A stretch of 64,000 nucleotides of DNA from NCBI RefSeq assembly GCF_000143415.4, contig NW_003314292.1, positions 188,825-252,824 on the forward strand, given 5' to 3'. The notes beneath the pieces were generated by a model that was not told the DNA's origin, did not search any database, and saw only the letters and a list, made by a program, of their open reading frames with translations. Both the position numbers and the translations under genes were made by a program. The stretch comes from Selaginella moellendorffii (lineage: Eukaryota; Plantae; Lycopodiophyta). Shown piece after piece: positions 24,636-35,901 of this stretch (positions are counted from its first letter, which is position 1; each line of letters starts with the position of its first letter).

Positions 24636-27600
24636 TTAATGAATCTCACCTTGAACCCGGGTTATGAATGCTCTTGCTGCATCTCTTGCATGGTCTGGCA
24701 AGGTGATGGTGGCACTCTGCTTCCGCATCCAACCATGCACAACATTATCCACCGATATGCTCATGCTGGGATCCCTTGGATTCAGCACCCATCTTTTGTC
24801 TAGGCAATCCTTCGTATATCCGGAACTTGGCTTGAACCACTCCACAGTTACATTGAAGGAGTTAGTTTCCGCATCCTCCTCTGCATCAGTGATGCAGCGC
24901 CCCACCCATATCATTTGTTTTTTATTACTGGGTCTGACAAGCACGACCATTCCTTTGCAGACCTGTACTGGATTGAATGCTGAATCCGGCTTCTTGTTCC
25001 TCGGCCCACAATAGTGATCCTCAACATCGTTATCTGTCACTGCATTTCCAGAGGACATTGTTCCGCTACTATCTGGTGCTCTGGGTTCTGGCCAAAAGGA
25101 CTCTTCCAATTCTTCATATACAACCGGCCCATTTTGGATAGCAGATATAATCATCTCCCAGTATTCGAGCAAAGGCTTGCACCTCTTAAAATAGGATTCT
25201 CCACCAAACACCAACCCCCTCTTCCAGAAGGCAATATGCTGTCTAATCCCGGCCACTATACTTTCCTGGTCTTTGAGTCCATCCGGGTGCATCGGCCGTG
25301 GGGAACCCTGAGGAATCATAGGTTCCCCAGTTATGGGATCTCTCTTGAAGAGTTCAATGCCATCCACTGGCAGCCACACTGTGTCCCATTCTCTCATCTT
25401 GTACCTCATCACTGGAGCACCGTCACGCATGCTGAAATGAAACTGAAGAGGCTTGGAGTGGCCAATCAGCGTTTCGGATCCGTCCCTGATGTAGCCTCTT
25501 ACAAACCCCTTAAAGTCTGGAACCTCTGTCACAAGTGCAGCTTCAACAGTGCCTTTGATGCAATTTTGGAATTCATCGTAGAGTTGTGGGAGGGTGAGGA
25601 CATTGGATCGCCGGAGGGACTCTGCCAGGTGACTAAACATGGCATCGACATCTTCATGAGTGTGCCCAACCATGAGAAAGCCAAGTGTAACCGTTTCAAA
25701 TATGCCTTTGGCAACAAGCATCGCCAAGTACGCGAAGACGTACATGTTTTTGTTCTCGCTGCCAGCATTGTCTGTTTGAAGCAGAAGATGGGGTGGAAGG
25801 CCACATCGGCCGCAAGAACTTCCTTGAGATTCTGCTTCGTTTGGATGAGGCTGTGCATTCACCGGGCGACCAGCCTCGTCGGAATGGCATGAGGCCTCAC
25901 GTGATAACCCTACAATCTGACGGCCAACATATTCACTGGGATGGCATGGGGCCCCACGCGATACTGCAAGCCTTTGCTCCTCCTCCAGCTGAACCCTGTA
26001 TGGGGTTCGATCGACAAGGGCCTTATGCAAGGGTTGGCCGTTCAGCTCAGTCTGCGCACTTTGCAGAGACCTTAAGTGTTTTGCTAGGGACGCAATCATC
26101 ATGTTTGCACCCCCGCCACCCCATAGAGGTACAAAGAAGTTCCCATAGTTCTGGGCACCATGCCCATGAGCGATTATGCCAAACAGAGACACAGGCAGCT
26201 GCATGGATGAAGAGATTGCCTTGGGGGCAGGATTGAGTCGAGGTAAGCACGCCTTTTTCTGGTCCATTTTGTCGTGGATGATACAGAGGTAAGAGTCAGG
26301 TCTCTCCATGGAGAGAATCCTATTATGATAATATGCAGTCCTGCAGCTTCTCTGCTCGATGTTGTGGTCGAGCCGCCTTCTAACCAACGTCTCTCGCTCT
26401 TGAGCGCTGCAAGAATTCTTCGACAAAGCCATTTTGATAGCAGTGCACTCGTCACACTTTGAAAAGCTGGAGTACTTTCCTATACTCACATCCCTGAACC
26501 TGTTGCTCCACAATCTACTAAATCTAGATTGGCTCAGCTTCCTGTAGCCATTACTCTAGAGTTCCCGATTCACATCTTCCAATATGGCCCCCTTGGTATA
26601 CATGGAAGGGAGAACTCGTTGGGTGTCTCGTGTTCCATCTTCCAAGAGGCGGGTTTTATGTGGTTGCTTCTCGCTACATGTCTCGACAAACCTCTTGAAG
26701 ATTGCCTCTCCATATACAACATGACCCCTGGTTTTGTGCGTACCGTCGTTCCCATGGACTGCCTGTTGAACCCTTTGTTCCTCGAACTCAGTTTTGATTC
26801 TGTAGAATGTGCTTCGAGGGACTCCATAAATAATTCTCCATGCCTTCATGCAGACCAAACCCCTCTGGAAGACCATGCCCCCCACCTGATGTTCTGAAGC
26901 ATCAACAGATGACCGTAATGCCTCATACACAAAATTGCGAGTTGCCTTCCAGGACAATGTCTTGTATCTTGCTCTCTCCTCTTCAATAGCATCCCAATCA
27001 GCATGTTGACAGCACCTCCTCTTGCAACAAGCAACTGTCGAGACCATTCGAACCGCCATCGCCATTTTCTGCCTTTTCGGTTCGTTGCTCAGATCCCTTT
27101 GGCTGCGCTGTAGGAAGGTGTACTTTCTTTTCCCATGAAGAGATGTTCTGTCATCAGTTGTAGTGGTGTTTGATTGTGAATCCTTCACATTCTCAAACAC
27201 TAAATGCCTCAATTTCCACCGCACAATGCTTCCAATAGTCAGACTGTTTTCTTCTGTGTCAACAACCTCTAAAATTGCAACTCCAATATCATCCCAGCCC
27301 AATTCTTGATTAGCAACCGCATCTCTTGGATCGACAACTGTGGCTAAGCCCTCAGCTACCACCTCCCCCTCGGGGTTGTTTAGAAACACCTTTGCCTGAA
27401 TCCATGTAGCACAGTTCTTAAGATCCACGGAGGGAACATGCGTCGCACTTGCGCTGTCCCCAACATCTGCTTTCTTCTGCAGATTTTTCAAGGCAACAAC
27501 AACATTTACCCCGACGACCATCTCTCCTCGTTCAATAGCGACCACATTCCCATCGAAGACAGTCTTTACTGATACAGCAGCATTGCCTTCCCCAAGCCTT

Positions 27601-27704
27601 TGACAGTGTATAACAAAGTTCCCATCCATAGACACAAGGGTCCCTTTTGCAACTCTCTTCCCACCATTCAAAATGTAAACCTTTTCCCCAACCCTGAAGG
27701 CCAT
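24636..27704 (-). pseudogene. Sola-like DDD transposase (~1022 codons) with one in-frame TAG at 26556-26558
   Basis: The 382-aa and 625-aa ORFs share a frame (NREL*SNGYRKLSQSRFSRLWSN). Motifs FSKCDEC, IIHDKMDQKK, QTDNAGSENKN, FLMVGHTHEDVDAMF. Confidence 0.82.
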
Positions 27705-28061
27705 TCTGAAAGTGCAAAAAAGAAGTTAAGACCATACAAAAAATGATTGGAGAATGGCCTAAATCATAACATACCAAATAGCATGAGGCCACATGCCATT
27801 ATTCAAACATGCTATTGACACCTACGTGAAATTTCGCATTCACAAAATTGGCATGAGGCCTCATGCCATCTTGATATACACACAGCTGCAGGCAAGTAAA
27901 AACATACATGACAATACGCTAGCCATGAAATTGCAAGGGCCCAAGATGGCATGTGGCCTCATGCCATTTCTAAATGTGGTCCTAAACCATTCCATGGTGA
28001 ACATACCAGGAAGCACAAGTGCTGAATATCAAGAGGAAGCGGTAGCCACACCAAAGACAGT

Positions 28062-28195
28062 GCCGCTCGCAACACCGCAACTACTCGTAGCGCCGCTCGC
28101 AACACCGCAACTGCTCGTAGCGCCGCTCGCACAAACTGCCACTTGCATAAACTGCCGCTCGCAATGGCGCTCGCAATGCCGCAACCGCTTGTAGA
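28062..28195. repeat. GC-rich 30-bp/GCCGCTCGCA tandem repeats upstream of the transposase
   Basis: GCCGCTCGCAACACCGCAACTRCTCGTAGC x2 plus partial units. Confidence 0.8.
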
Positions 28196-28990
28196 CGCAT
28201 AAACCACAGCTCACAACGCCGCTTACACAAACAGCGCTCACTGCGCTCAGCGGAACCAAGAACACGGCGCACAAAAATGATAGACCTAGGAATGAGTTCG
28301 AGAATTCAAAAATAACACACGCTTGAACGTCACATCAAATCCTCTGACAAACCAGATCTTATGATTCCTCTGACAAATTTCAAACTGAGTAGCTTCTAGA
28401 CTTTGCTGTCGGAGGTTGAACTTTGTCACATCATGTCCTTGCCTCGATCCAGCTGTGCCATGTCAGTGATTCGAACTTTGCCATGCCATGTCAGCGATCC
28501 GCGCCAAGATTATTCGCCGTGTAAAGGAATAATTATGCTGTGTGTGTACGTCCATTTATGGCAATATAAGGCCACACGCCATTCAAAGAATAATGCTAGT
28601 CGAGCATTTTTTGGTGAATTTTTGGGTTCAAAATTGCCTGAGCCCACACGCTATAAAGTTTACCTGTACCAAAAATAGAAACAGCTTTATTTACTTGGGA
28701 ATTTAAGTGGTTGAGGCATTTTTAAACTTACAAACACATGCCTTACTTACATTCATTTGGTTGCTTAAAATTCAAAAATATTATAAACCTTTCTTTTCGC
28801 ATTTTCAATGTTTTCAATTATGGTTTTTGATTTTCGCAGGACCAGCTTAGTAATCTATTTGCATCCCGTCATGTTTATAGCTAGCTTTCGTTTGTCCCCT
28901 TCGCTGGCCTGAGATACATCTGCTCGGAATCTGCCTCTTACAACATTTGCCCAGAAAGGGCATCTTTCTTCACGCAGCATTTGCCACATG

Positions 28991-29022
28991 TTTAGGGTTA
29001 GGGTTTAGGGTTTAGGGTTTAG
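28991..29022 (+). repeat. Interstitial plant telomeric repeat tract
   Basis: TTTAGGG TTAGGG TTTAGGG TTTAGGG TTTAG. Confidence 0.9.
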
Positions 29023-29913
29023 CAATTCAGTAGCTTGATAAACATGCAAATACAGAACTTGATGCAAAATCCTTTGATATGTCACAATGCCCCTAGGACC
29101 ATAAACACATTTCAATAGAGAGGGTTCTTTCATTTCATAACTCCTTACGTAGATCTTGGTGAAACCAGAGTTAGTGAAGTTGGTTTCTTGTGATCCCGCA
29201 TCTGATTGTGATGTCCCTTTGTAGTGTCGATGGAAAGGTCAATGCACACCAAACTGTAGAATCTTGGAGCAAAATAACGGTCGGATCTATGGCAAATGCC
29301 CCTGAAACATTGTAAGGCTCGTGTGGTCTCATGTGGTGTCCGATCGAGATGCTTCTTTGCAGGGTCATCAAGAAGGACATTGTATACCATTCTGTAAAAT
29401 CTGGTTGCGATCTAACGGTTGGATCTCCAGGAAACTCAAAACAATCTCGCGCGTGTTAGAATATTCTAGGAATATACTCCTATGTGCTCCTGAAAATGGC
29501 ATGCGGCCCCACGCCATTCAAGAGATAACGCCAGATGACGCCGAGCATTTTTTGGTGCATTTTTTGGGATCAAAATTGCATGAGCCCACATGCTTGAACG
29601 TCACATCAAATCCTCTGACAATTTATTTGGCTGAACATCTGGCATTTTTGGAAATACAAGATGCTTTGGAATATCCAATCATGCATGGTATAAATATAGC
29701 GAGGGTATTAAATGATATCCCAATCATGATCTTTCTTTTGGATTTCGCGTGCATGCAGTCCGAGGAATGATGACGTTGCGGATTTCTTTTGGATTTCACG
29801 CATGCGCGCGCCGATCCAGAAATTAATGGTGGCGCGAAATGATGACGTGGTGGGATTACCAACCGTCGTGACATTTTGCGCGTGTGAGGTTAGGTTTTGC
29901 ATTTTGCTTCGTA

Positions 29914-30072
29914 CTCGCGCTCGCACACTCGCGCTCGCATCGCGCTCGCACACTCGCGCTCGCATCGCGCTCCCACTCGCGCTCCCACTTCTCTACAGGT
30001 TTCTCGTGTGCATCGGTGTCCACTCGCGCTTGCATCACACTCGCGCTCGCATCGCGCTCGTGTGCATCGGCG
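29914..30072. repeat. CpG-dense CTCGCGCTCGCA repeats upstream of the accessory gene
   Basis: Direct reading. Confidence 0.8.
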
Positions 30073-30279
30073 TCCACTTCAAGACACACCCAGTTTGTAA
30101 CTTCGCCGCCAACTCCGCCGCCCACTCCGCCACCCACACGCAGCCCACTTGGCGTCCCGGGAGATTTCAGCGCCACTCTCCAACTGTAAGTGGCAGAGTA
30201 GCCTTGCTGCTACGATCCGCTACACACACAGTGCACATTCGCCAGCGAGTCCGGTTGTCACGCCTCTATTCGGCTTCAA

Positions 30280-33200
30280 ATGGTAAGTCTTTTAGGCCAA
30301 GTAGAAAATGGCATGAGGCCACATGCCATTCAGTAGCAACATTGGCATGCACCGATTGGGCTCTCGAGTACAGTCCGGTTACAGATGGCGTGTAGCCTCA
30401 CGCCATCTTAGGATGCAGCCTCAAGACATCTGATGCAGTGGTGAATGGCGTGTGGCCTCACGTTATTTCCAGCTACTAGCTTTTCATCTGTCAGCTCTAA
30501 TTGTTGTGCATTTCTGAACAGGCGAGGAATTGTGTTCTTCTTCCAGCCACTATCAATGTGGATGCAGAGAAGGGGGAGGAGCTCACCAGTTGGACTTTCG
30601 GGATAGAAGGCGAGGATCTGAGGCTGTACAACACAGATGGTGGGAGAAAAGAATGCATGGGGATCCTCATCCAAGTGACAGATACTCCATGCAGTTCCAT
30701 GCAAGAATATGGACTGGCACTTGTGGTAGAGACAGCGTCTGCCTTCAAGATCCACCTTGCACATCCTAGCGGCTTCCCAGAGGGGGGCAGCGGCTATGAG
30801 GAATTCCTAGAGGGAGCTAGGGAGAGGTTGTCCAGGAGGCCCACAATTTCAAAGACGCTGCAGGTCTATGAAGATCACATGGAATCCACAGACCTCACCT
30901 ACGGTGATGTTCAAAAACTATATTCCAACATTGAGCCGTTGAGAGTGACTCCAGTTCGCGAAGCAAAGGGGAAGGGGGTCGATCTGGAAACTACCTCGAA
31001 GCAGAAAAGGGTGGTCAAGCTCAAGCCGACGTCCGACTCTCCTGCTCCAAAAAAGAAGCTACTCAGTGATGCCATTGCCTCGGGTTCGAACACTACACCC
31101 ACCAAAAAGAAGAGCCGCAAAGAGCAGAAAGAGCAAGAAGAGGCAGCAAAAATCATTGCAGATAATAGTACTTGTTACTATTCCAACAAAGTATATACAA
31201 TCGACGTGAGCCGTATCGACATCCAAAGCAAATACAACCACAGGCTAGTATCTGATGAGTGGGTGGAGAAACTGAAGCAGAAGATGCTGGCAAGTCCAGT
31301 AACACCCGACATCGCAGACGTGATCCCCTACTACCGAACAATGAAGGGCAAGACGAGGTTTCCAGACTTGATCAATAGGAAGGTGTTGGACGATCAAAAC
31401 ATCCGGTTCTATGCCGTCTCCGGGCAGCATTCTAGCTTGGCGATGCAAGAGATAGTTGTGGATATTATGGTGGGCGAGGAGGTGAAGAAAGTCTTCAAGA
31501 CAAGAGTTGTCCGCCTGATAAAAGGCAACTCGCCCCTCCGATCTATCATATACATCTCCCACGCGCAGAATGTCAAGCAAGAAACGTGCTACAAATCGGG
31601 TCTGCACGAGACATTGGCACGAACACGGAAGCTCTGGGTTCAACTGAAGAAGCCACAAAAACCAGGACAAGGACGTGCACTAGCAACTAGCGCCTGGCAG
31701 GTAAGCCTCATTGCATGTGGCATAGCATGTGGCCTCACGCCATTTCCATTGCAGGAATTCTCGAGTCTTCTCTCGAAAACACTGGGGGTCAATGACACAC
31801 TCAGCATCCATAACATTCTACTCGCGACAAAAGTTGTTTTTGACAAATGGGTAGATGTGCTGAGGAGGTACCATGACGGGGAGTTGCCAAACTCAATGGG
31901 TGTGGAGGACGGCTGGAAGCCCAATGATTTGAAGCTCAACGCCTTGCGTTTCTTGCGGTCTCTAGACGATGACGACCTTCTGACAGTGGCTAATGCTCTT
32001 CTACGTGGTGAGGTAGTCTTCAACAAGACCAAAATGACTCCCGGCCATATTGTGACATACGAGGACTTGTGCACGACTCTGAGAGCTCGTGCGCTATTGA
32101 AGGATTGGATCTTCGACCAAGTGGCCGTGGAGAGGGTGAGCATCGACACCACGCAAGAGATGATGGAAGCGCTGGAGTTGTCAAATGAAGACATCGACGA
32201 GTATGTGAAGGGGGCCCCCAAGTTCATCGATCTGCTGCGGGATGCCACGAAAAGTAAAGCTGAGAAGTTGGATCAGTATCCAAATTTCATTAAGATTGAT
32301 GTCGACCGTCGGCTTCAGAAACAGCTCGACCCCGCAGCAGAGGCCTATCGAGAACCTTACCGGGTATACTTGAATTCGGATGAGGATCAAAGGTGGAGGA
32401 GCATCGTTTCCCGCGGAGATGAGTAGGTCAAGAACATCTTTTGTGTGATGGACTTCACAAACGAGGAGATCACTCATGCAGACGAAGTCAGCTCCATCAT
32501 TGACTTAATGGTGGGACTTGCGGAGGTGGAATCTTCAGTCCACTATATGATCTACGACTCCGAATCCTATCATAAGTTCTGGAAGGCCTTGAACGAGGTG
32601 AAGGCTCGGTTGAAAGGCAAGGAGATGCGAGAGATCCATGGGATAATGGCTAAGAAGAAGATACCGACGAATGTCCGCATCTTCACACTCGCCCTTGTTA
32701 TTGGTCCTGCAGCAGAGTGGGATTGGAGTGACTTCCCAGCTTCGTTCGACAAGGCCAATCAAATTGATCTGAGGGAGGTCAATTTACCCGTGCTTGAGGA
32801 ACTGAAGACGGCTATGGAGCTTTCAAATCCAAAGAAAGCTCCAGGTGCAGCATGGGAAATGCTCAGCTGGGTCTTCAACGCAATAGCGGGTGGGTCACCT
32901 GCTTCCGACTCCAAGGGCAAATGCGTTGTCGAGTACAACTGCGGCGGACTATTCTTTCGAGCCGCACTACTCAAGGGTGTCCCATGTGTTGCGGTGACAA
33001 ACTCCATTGAAGAGGTGACTTCAATGGAGCATATAATTACAGTCGCCAAAGAAAAACAGTATCTTCTCTGCGAACCTGGTGAGTACACACTTTAAGTTTA
33101 AATGTTATCTCACAAGCTCTGTATGCAGGAGCGTGGCCACCCCCAGATGCTGAAACGGCGTTAACAGCTACTGTTGAAGATACCCATGTTGGGCCGAGCT

Positions 33201-35901
33201 CACAACCTGCACAAGGTAAGGTCACGTGAGGCCTCACGCCATTTTGATTATAGATCGTTGTGAATATTCAGACACGAGGACTGAAAAGCGCACTGGTGGC
33301 GCATCGAAGAAGGACAAACAGACAAGCAATAGGAAAAAAGGAGGTACAAATTATATTTGCAATGGCGTGTGGTCTCATGCCATTCCTTGCAGGAGAAACT
33401 TCTTCAAAGGCAAAACAGGCAAGCACCAGCCAAGCTCAAACTGACAGTGGTCATAAAAAGCGAAAGCACGTTGGACAGTCGTCGAGATCAGAGGCGTTTG
33501 ATTCGAAAAGGAAGAAGGGCAACGAAAAGATGATAGGTAATGCCTCGCAGTTATGGCATGTGTGCTCATGCCATTCATTGCAGATCAAGGGCTGAGTGAA
33601 AGCAGGCAGTCACCACCTCATGACTCAGATTCCTATGGCGGACTCCCCTTCCCCAATCTCAATAGAGAGGTACAATGGATGAGGGATGCTTTTCAAGTCA
33701 GGGCCACGTTTTTCTCATCTCGTCGTCTTCGAAGGGTGCAAGAACGTGCAGAAACCATGTTAAGATAGTCGGGTGAGGATACGGTCCTAGGTCACGCACT
33801 AAAACAGGCTATGGATGTCTTGTACTTTGAGATGGAGACTCGGCCAGATGATTTTCCCAAGATGGTCCTGGAAGAACAAGCCATCCAGCCTGAGCAGCCT
33901 ATGGAAGAAATGCAGGAGGGGGATGAGGAGCCAGAGAAAGATAATGAGCAGGAAGAGCAGAAGGACGAAGAGGAGGACAAAGAAGAGGAGGACGAAGAAG
34001 AGGAGGACGAAGAGGACTTGGATGGTCCTCACAATGGTGACGATCACAATAACGACGACGGCGATGATGACGACGATGGCCAGCCTGAGGTGGCCAAAGA
34101 GCAGCGGAGGAAGGTCATACAAGACAAACCATCAGGTAAATAATAGTACATCCATTCCTAACCTTTTACCATTTCTAACATTGTCCATGTAGGTCGCAGA
34201 GCAAATGGTAAGTAGAGATTATTCAGTTGAATTTACAAACTCTAGCCTTTAGTGTCGAGGAAGGATAGTGCCAAGCAAGGGTCGAAACGTATGTCCAATC
34301 CTTTAGAATCAGCAGTGTGCCCAAGTGATATCGGTCCTAGTTCCTCAATAGCAGTTGATGGTAAATACAGTATAGTCGATTCAATGTGCTAATGAGTTTG
34401 TTTTTAGTAGCACGGGAGGATACCATCTCAATCGAAGGGAGATATTTGGACATGCATATGGATCCGCCAGTGGACTCTACTTGGCTGCAAGAGTCATCAG
34501 AGCTGGTGGAGGCTACTATCCATATCAACGCCAAGCAAGTTGACCACGCTCCACTTGATGCTGCCCATACCACTGAGTCAATCTTGTCCACGTATCCAAC
34601 TGATGGTGACCAGGCGCCATTGGACCCACATGAGGCCGCCCCAGCCGCCGAGCCGGTCGTATCCTCATTTCCAACGGACTCAACGTGTGCCCAATCGTCT
34701 GACTACGCGCCGTTGGAACCTCCCTACACCGCCCCTGCTGCCTGTTCGGTCATGTCCACTTTGCCAACGGAGGCACCAGCTGAAATGGCGTGTGATCACA
34801 CGCCATCGGAACCACCCCATGCCACTGTTGAGCCAGTTGTACCAGAGTCTACAGCTGAAATGGCATGTGCCCACACGCCATCAGATGCGATTGACCCCAC
34901 ATTGCAGAGAAGAGTATTTCCGCCCTTCACGTTTCCTCGACCAAAACCCTCTCAACGACCATCGGGAGCAACATTCGCTAATATTGTAGATGGTAAAATT
35001 GACTTGTACCATTTTTTATGCTGACACATTTCATTTCAGAGTCACGGCGAAGGTACTGTATCGTTTTTGATCTGAACGGTGTCCTTTTCTCCCATGAGCG
35101 TGGCTCGTCCTCGAATGTCATTGCACCCTCCAAAGCCTGCGGTCGCAAGTTGGTCAAAAGAGACAGATTCACATTAATCACACGGGAGAAACTACGGGAT
35201 CTAATAATGACCATGCGACACTTAAAACAGAGGGCCGGGTTCAATTTGCAATTGGGAGTTTGGACATCCATGATGCGCCACAATGCATTAACGTTGCTAC
35301 AGATGATGCACGATTAGACGCGAGTAATATTACCATTTGACTTTCTCCTAACGCAGGAGGATTGCTTGACTATGGTCCATGTGAGGGGTAGCAAGCCCAT
35401 CTTCGTCAAGCCAGAGGCTGTAGTGATGAACCGGACTGCTAGCTCAAGTGAAATCCTCATCATCGATGACTCGCCGATTAAAACTGCAGCGAACACGCAC
35501 ACATATGCAGTGCATCCCATCTCTTGCAGTATGGAAACTAGGGAGAAGAAACCGTATGTTCTGGGGGACCTTGCAAAACGGCTTGGAGCGATGGTGATAG
35601 AGAACCGGCCATCCAGGAGGTGGCTGCAGAAATCAACCAAATGGCAGATGGAACGGTATATCAGAAGCCATTTGATTGGACAGACACCAGTCATCATTTA
35701 TGGCATGTATATTGTCTAGCCAAGCACTATCCGCATCTCCATAATCTGCTAAACCGGATGGGTTCTTCGACCACTGAACATGAGCGTGGACGTATTAGAG
35801 AAGAGATGGCATTACTATTGGGTTTAAATCCTGATAGTGTGGAGAGTGATGAAATTCCAAGATTATTGTATAGGCGTTGGAGGCAAAAAATAACAGTCTG
35901 A
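30280..35901 (+). pseudogene. Transposon accessory gene: ParB/Srx-like domain, degenerate methyltransferase-like fold, acidic/Pro-rich linker, FCP1-like HAD phosphatase (multi-exon; 3 TAG stops; probable frameshift near 35610)
   Basis: GT-AG introns at 31701-31754, 33079-33128, 33216-33271, 33344-33392, 33537-33583, 34136-34192 and 34993-35039 keep frame. Motifs IDVSRI..YNHR..WVEKL, AVSGQHS, ISHAQN; VVEYNCGG..AALLKG; VFDLNGVL, VWTS, IIDDSPIK. The 5' exons and start codon are uncertain. Confidence 0.68.

Noticed and set aside
29802-30395. 197-aa ORF before the accessory gene
   Set aside because: Arises from CG-rich repeats and runs through probable introns.
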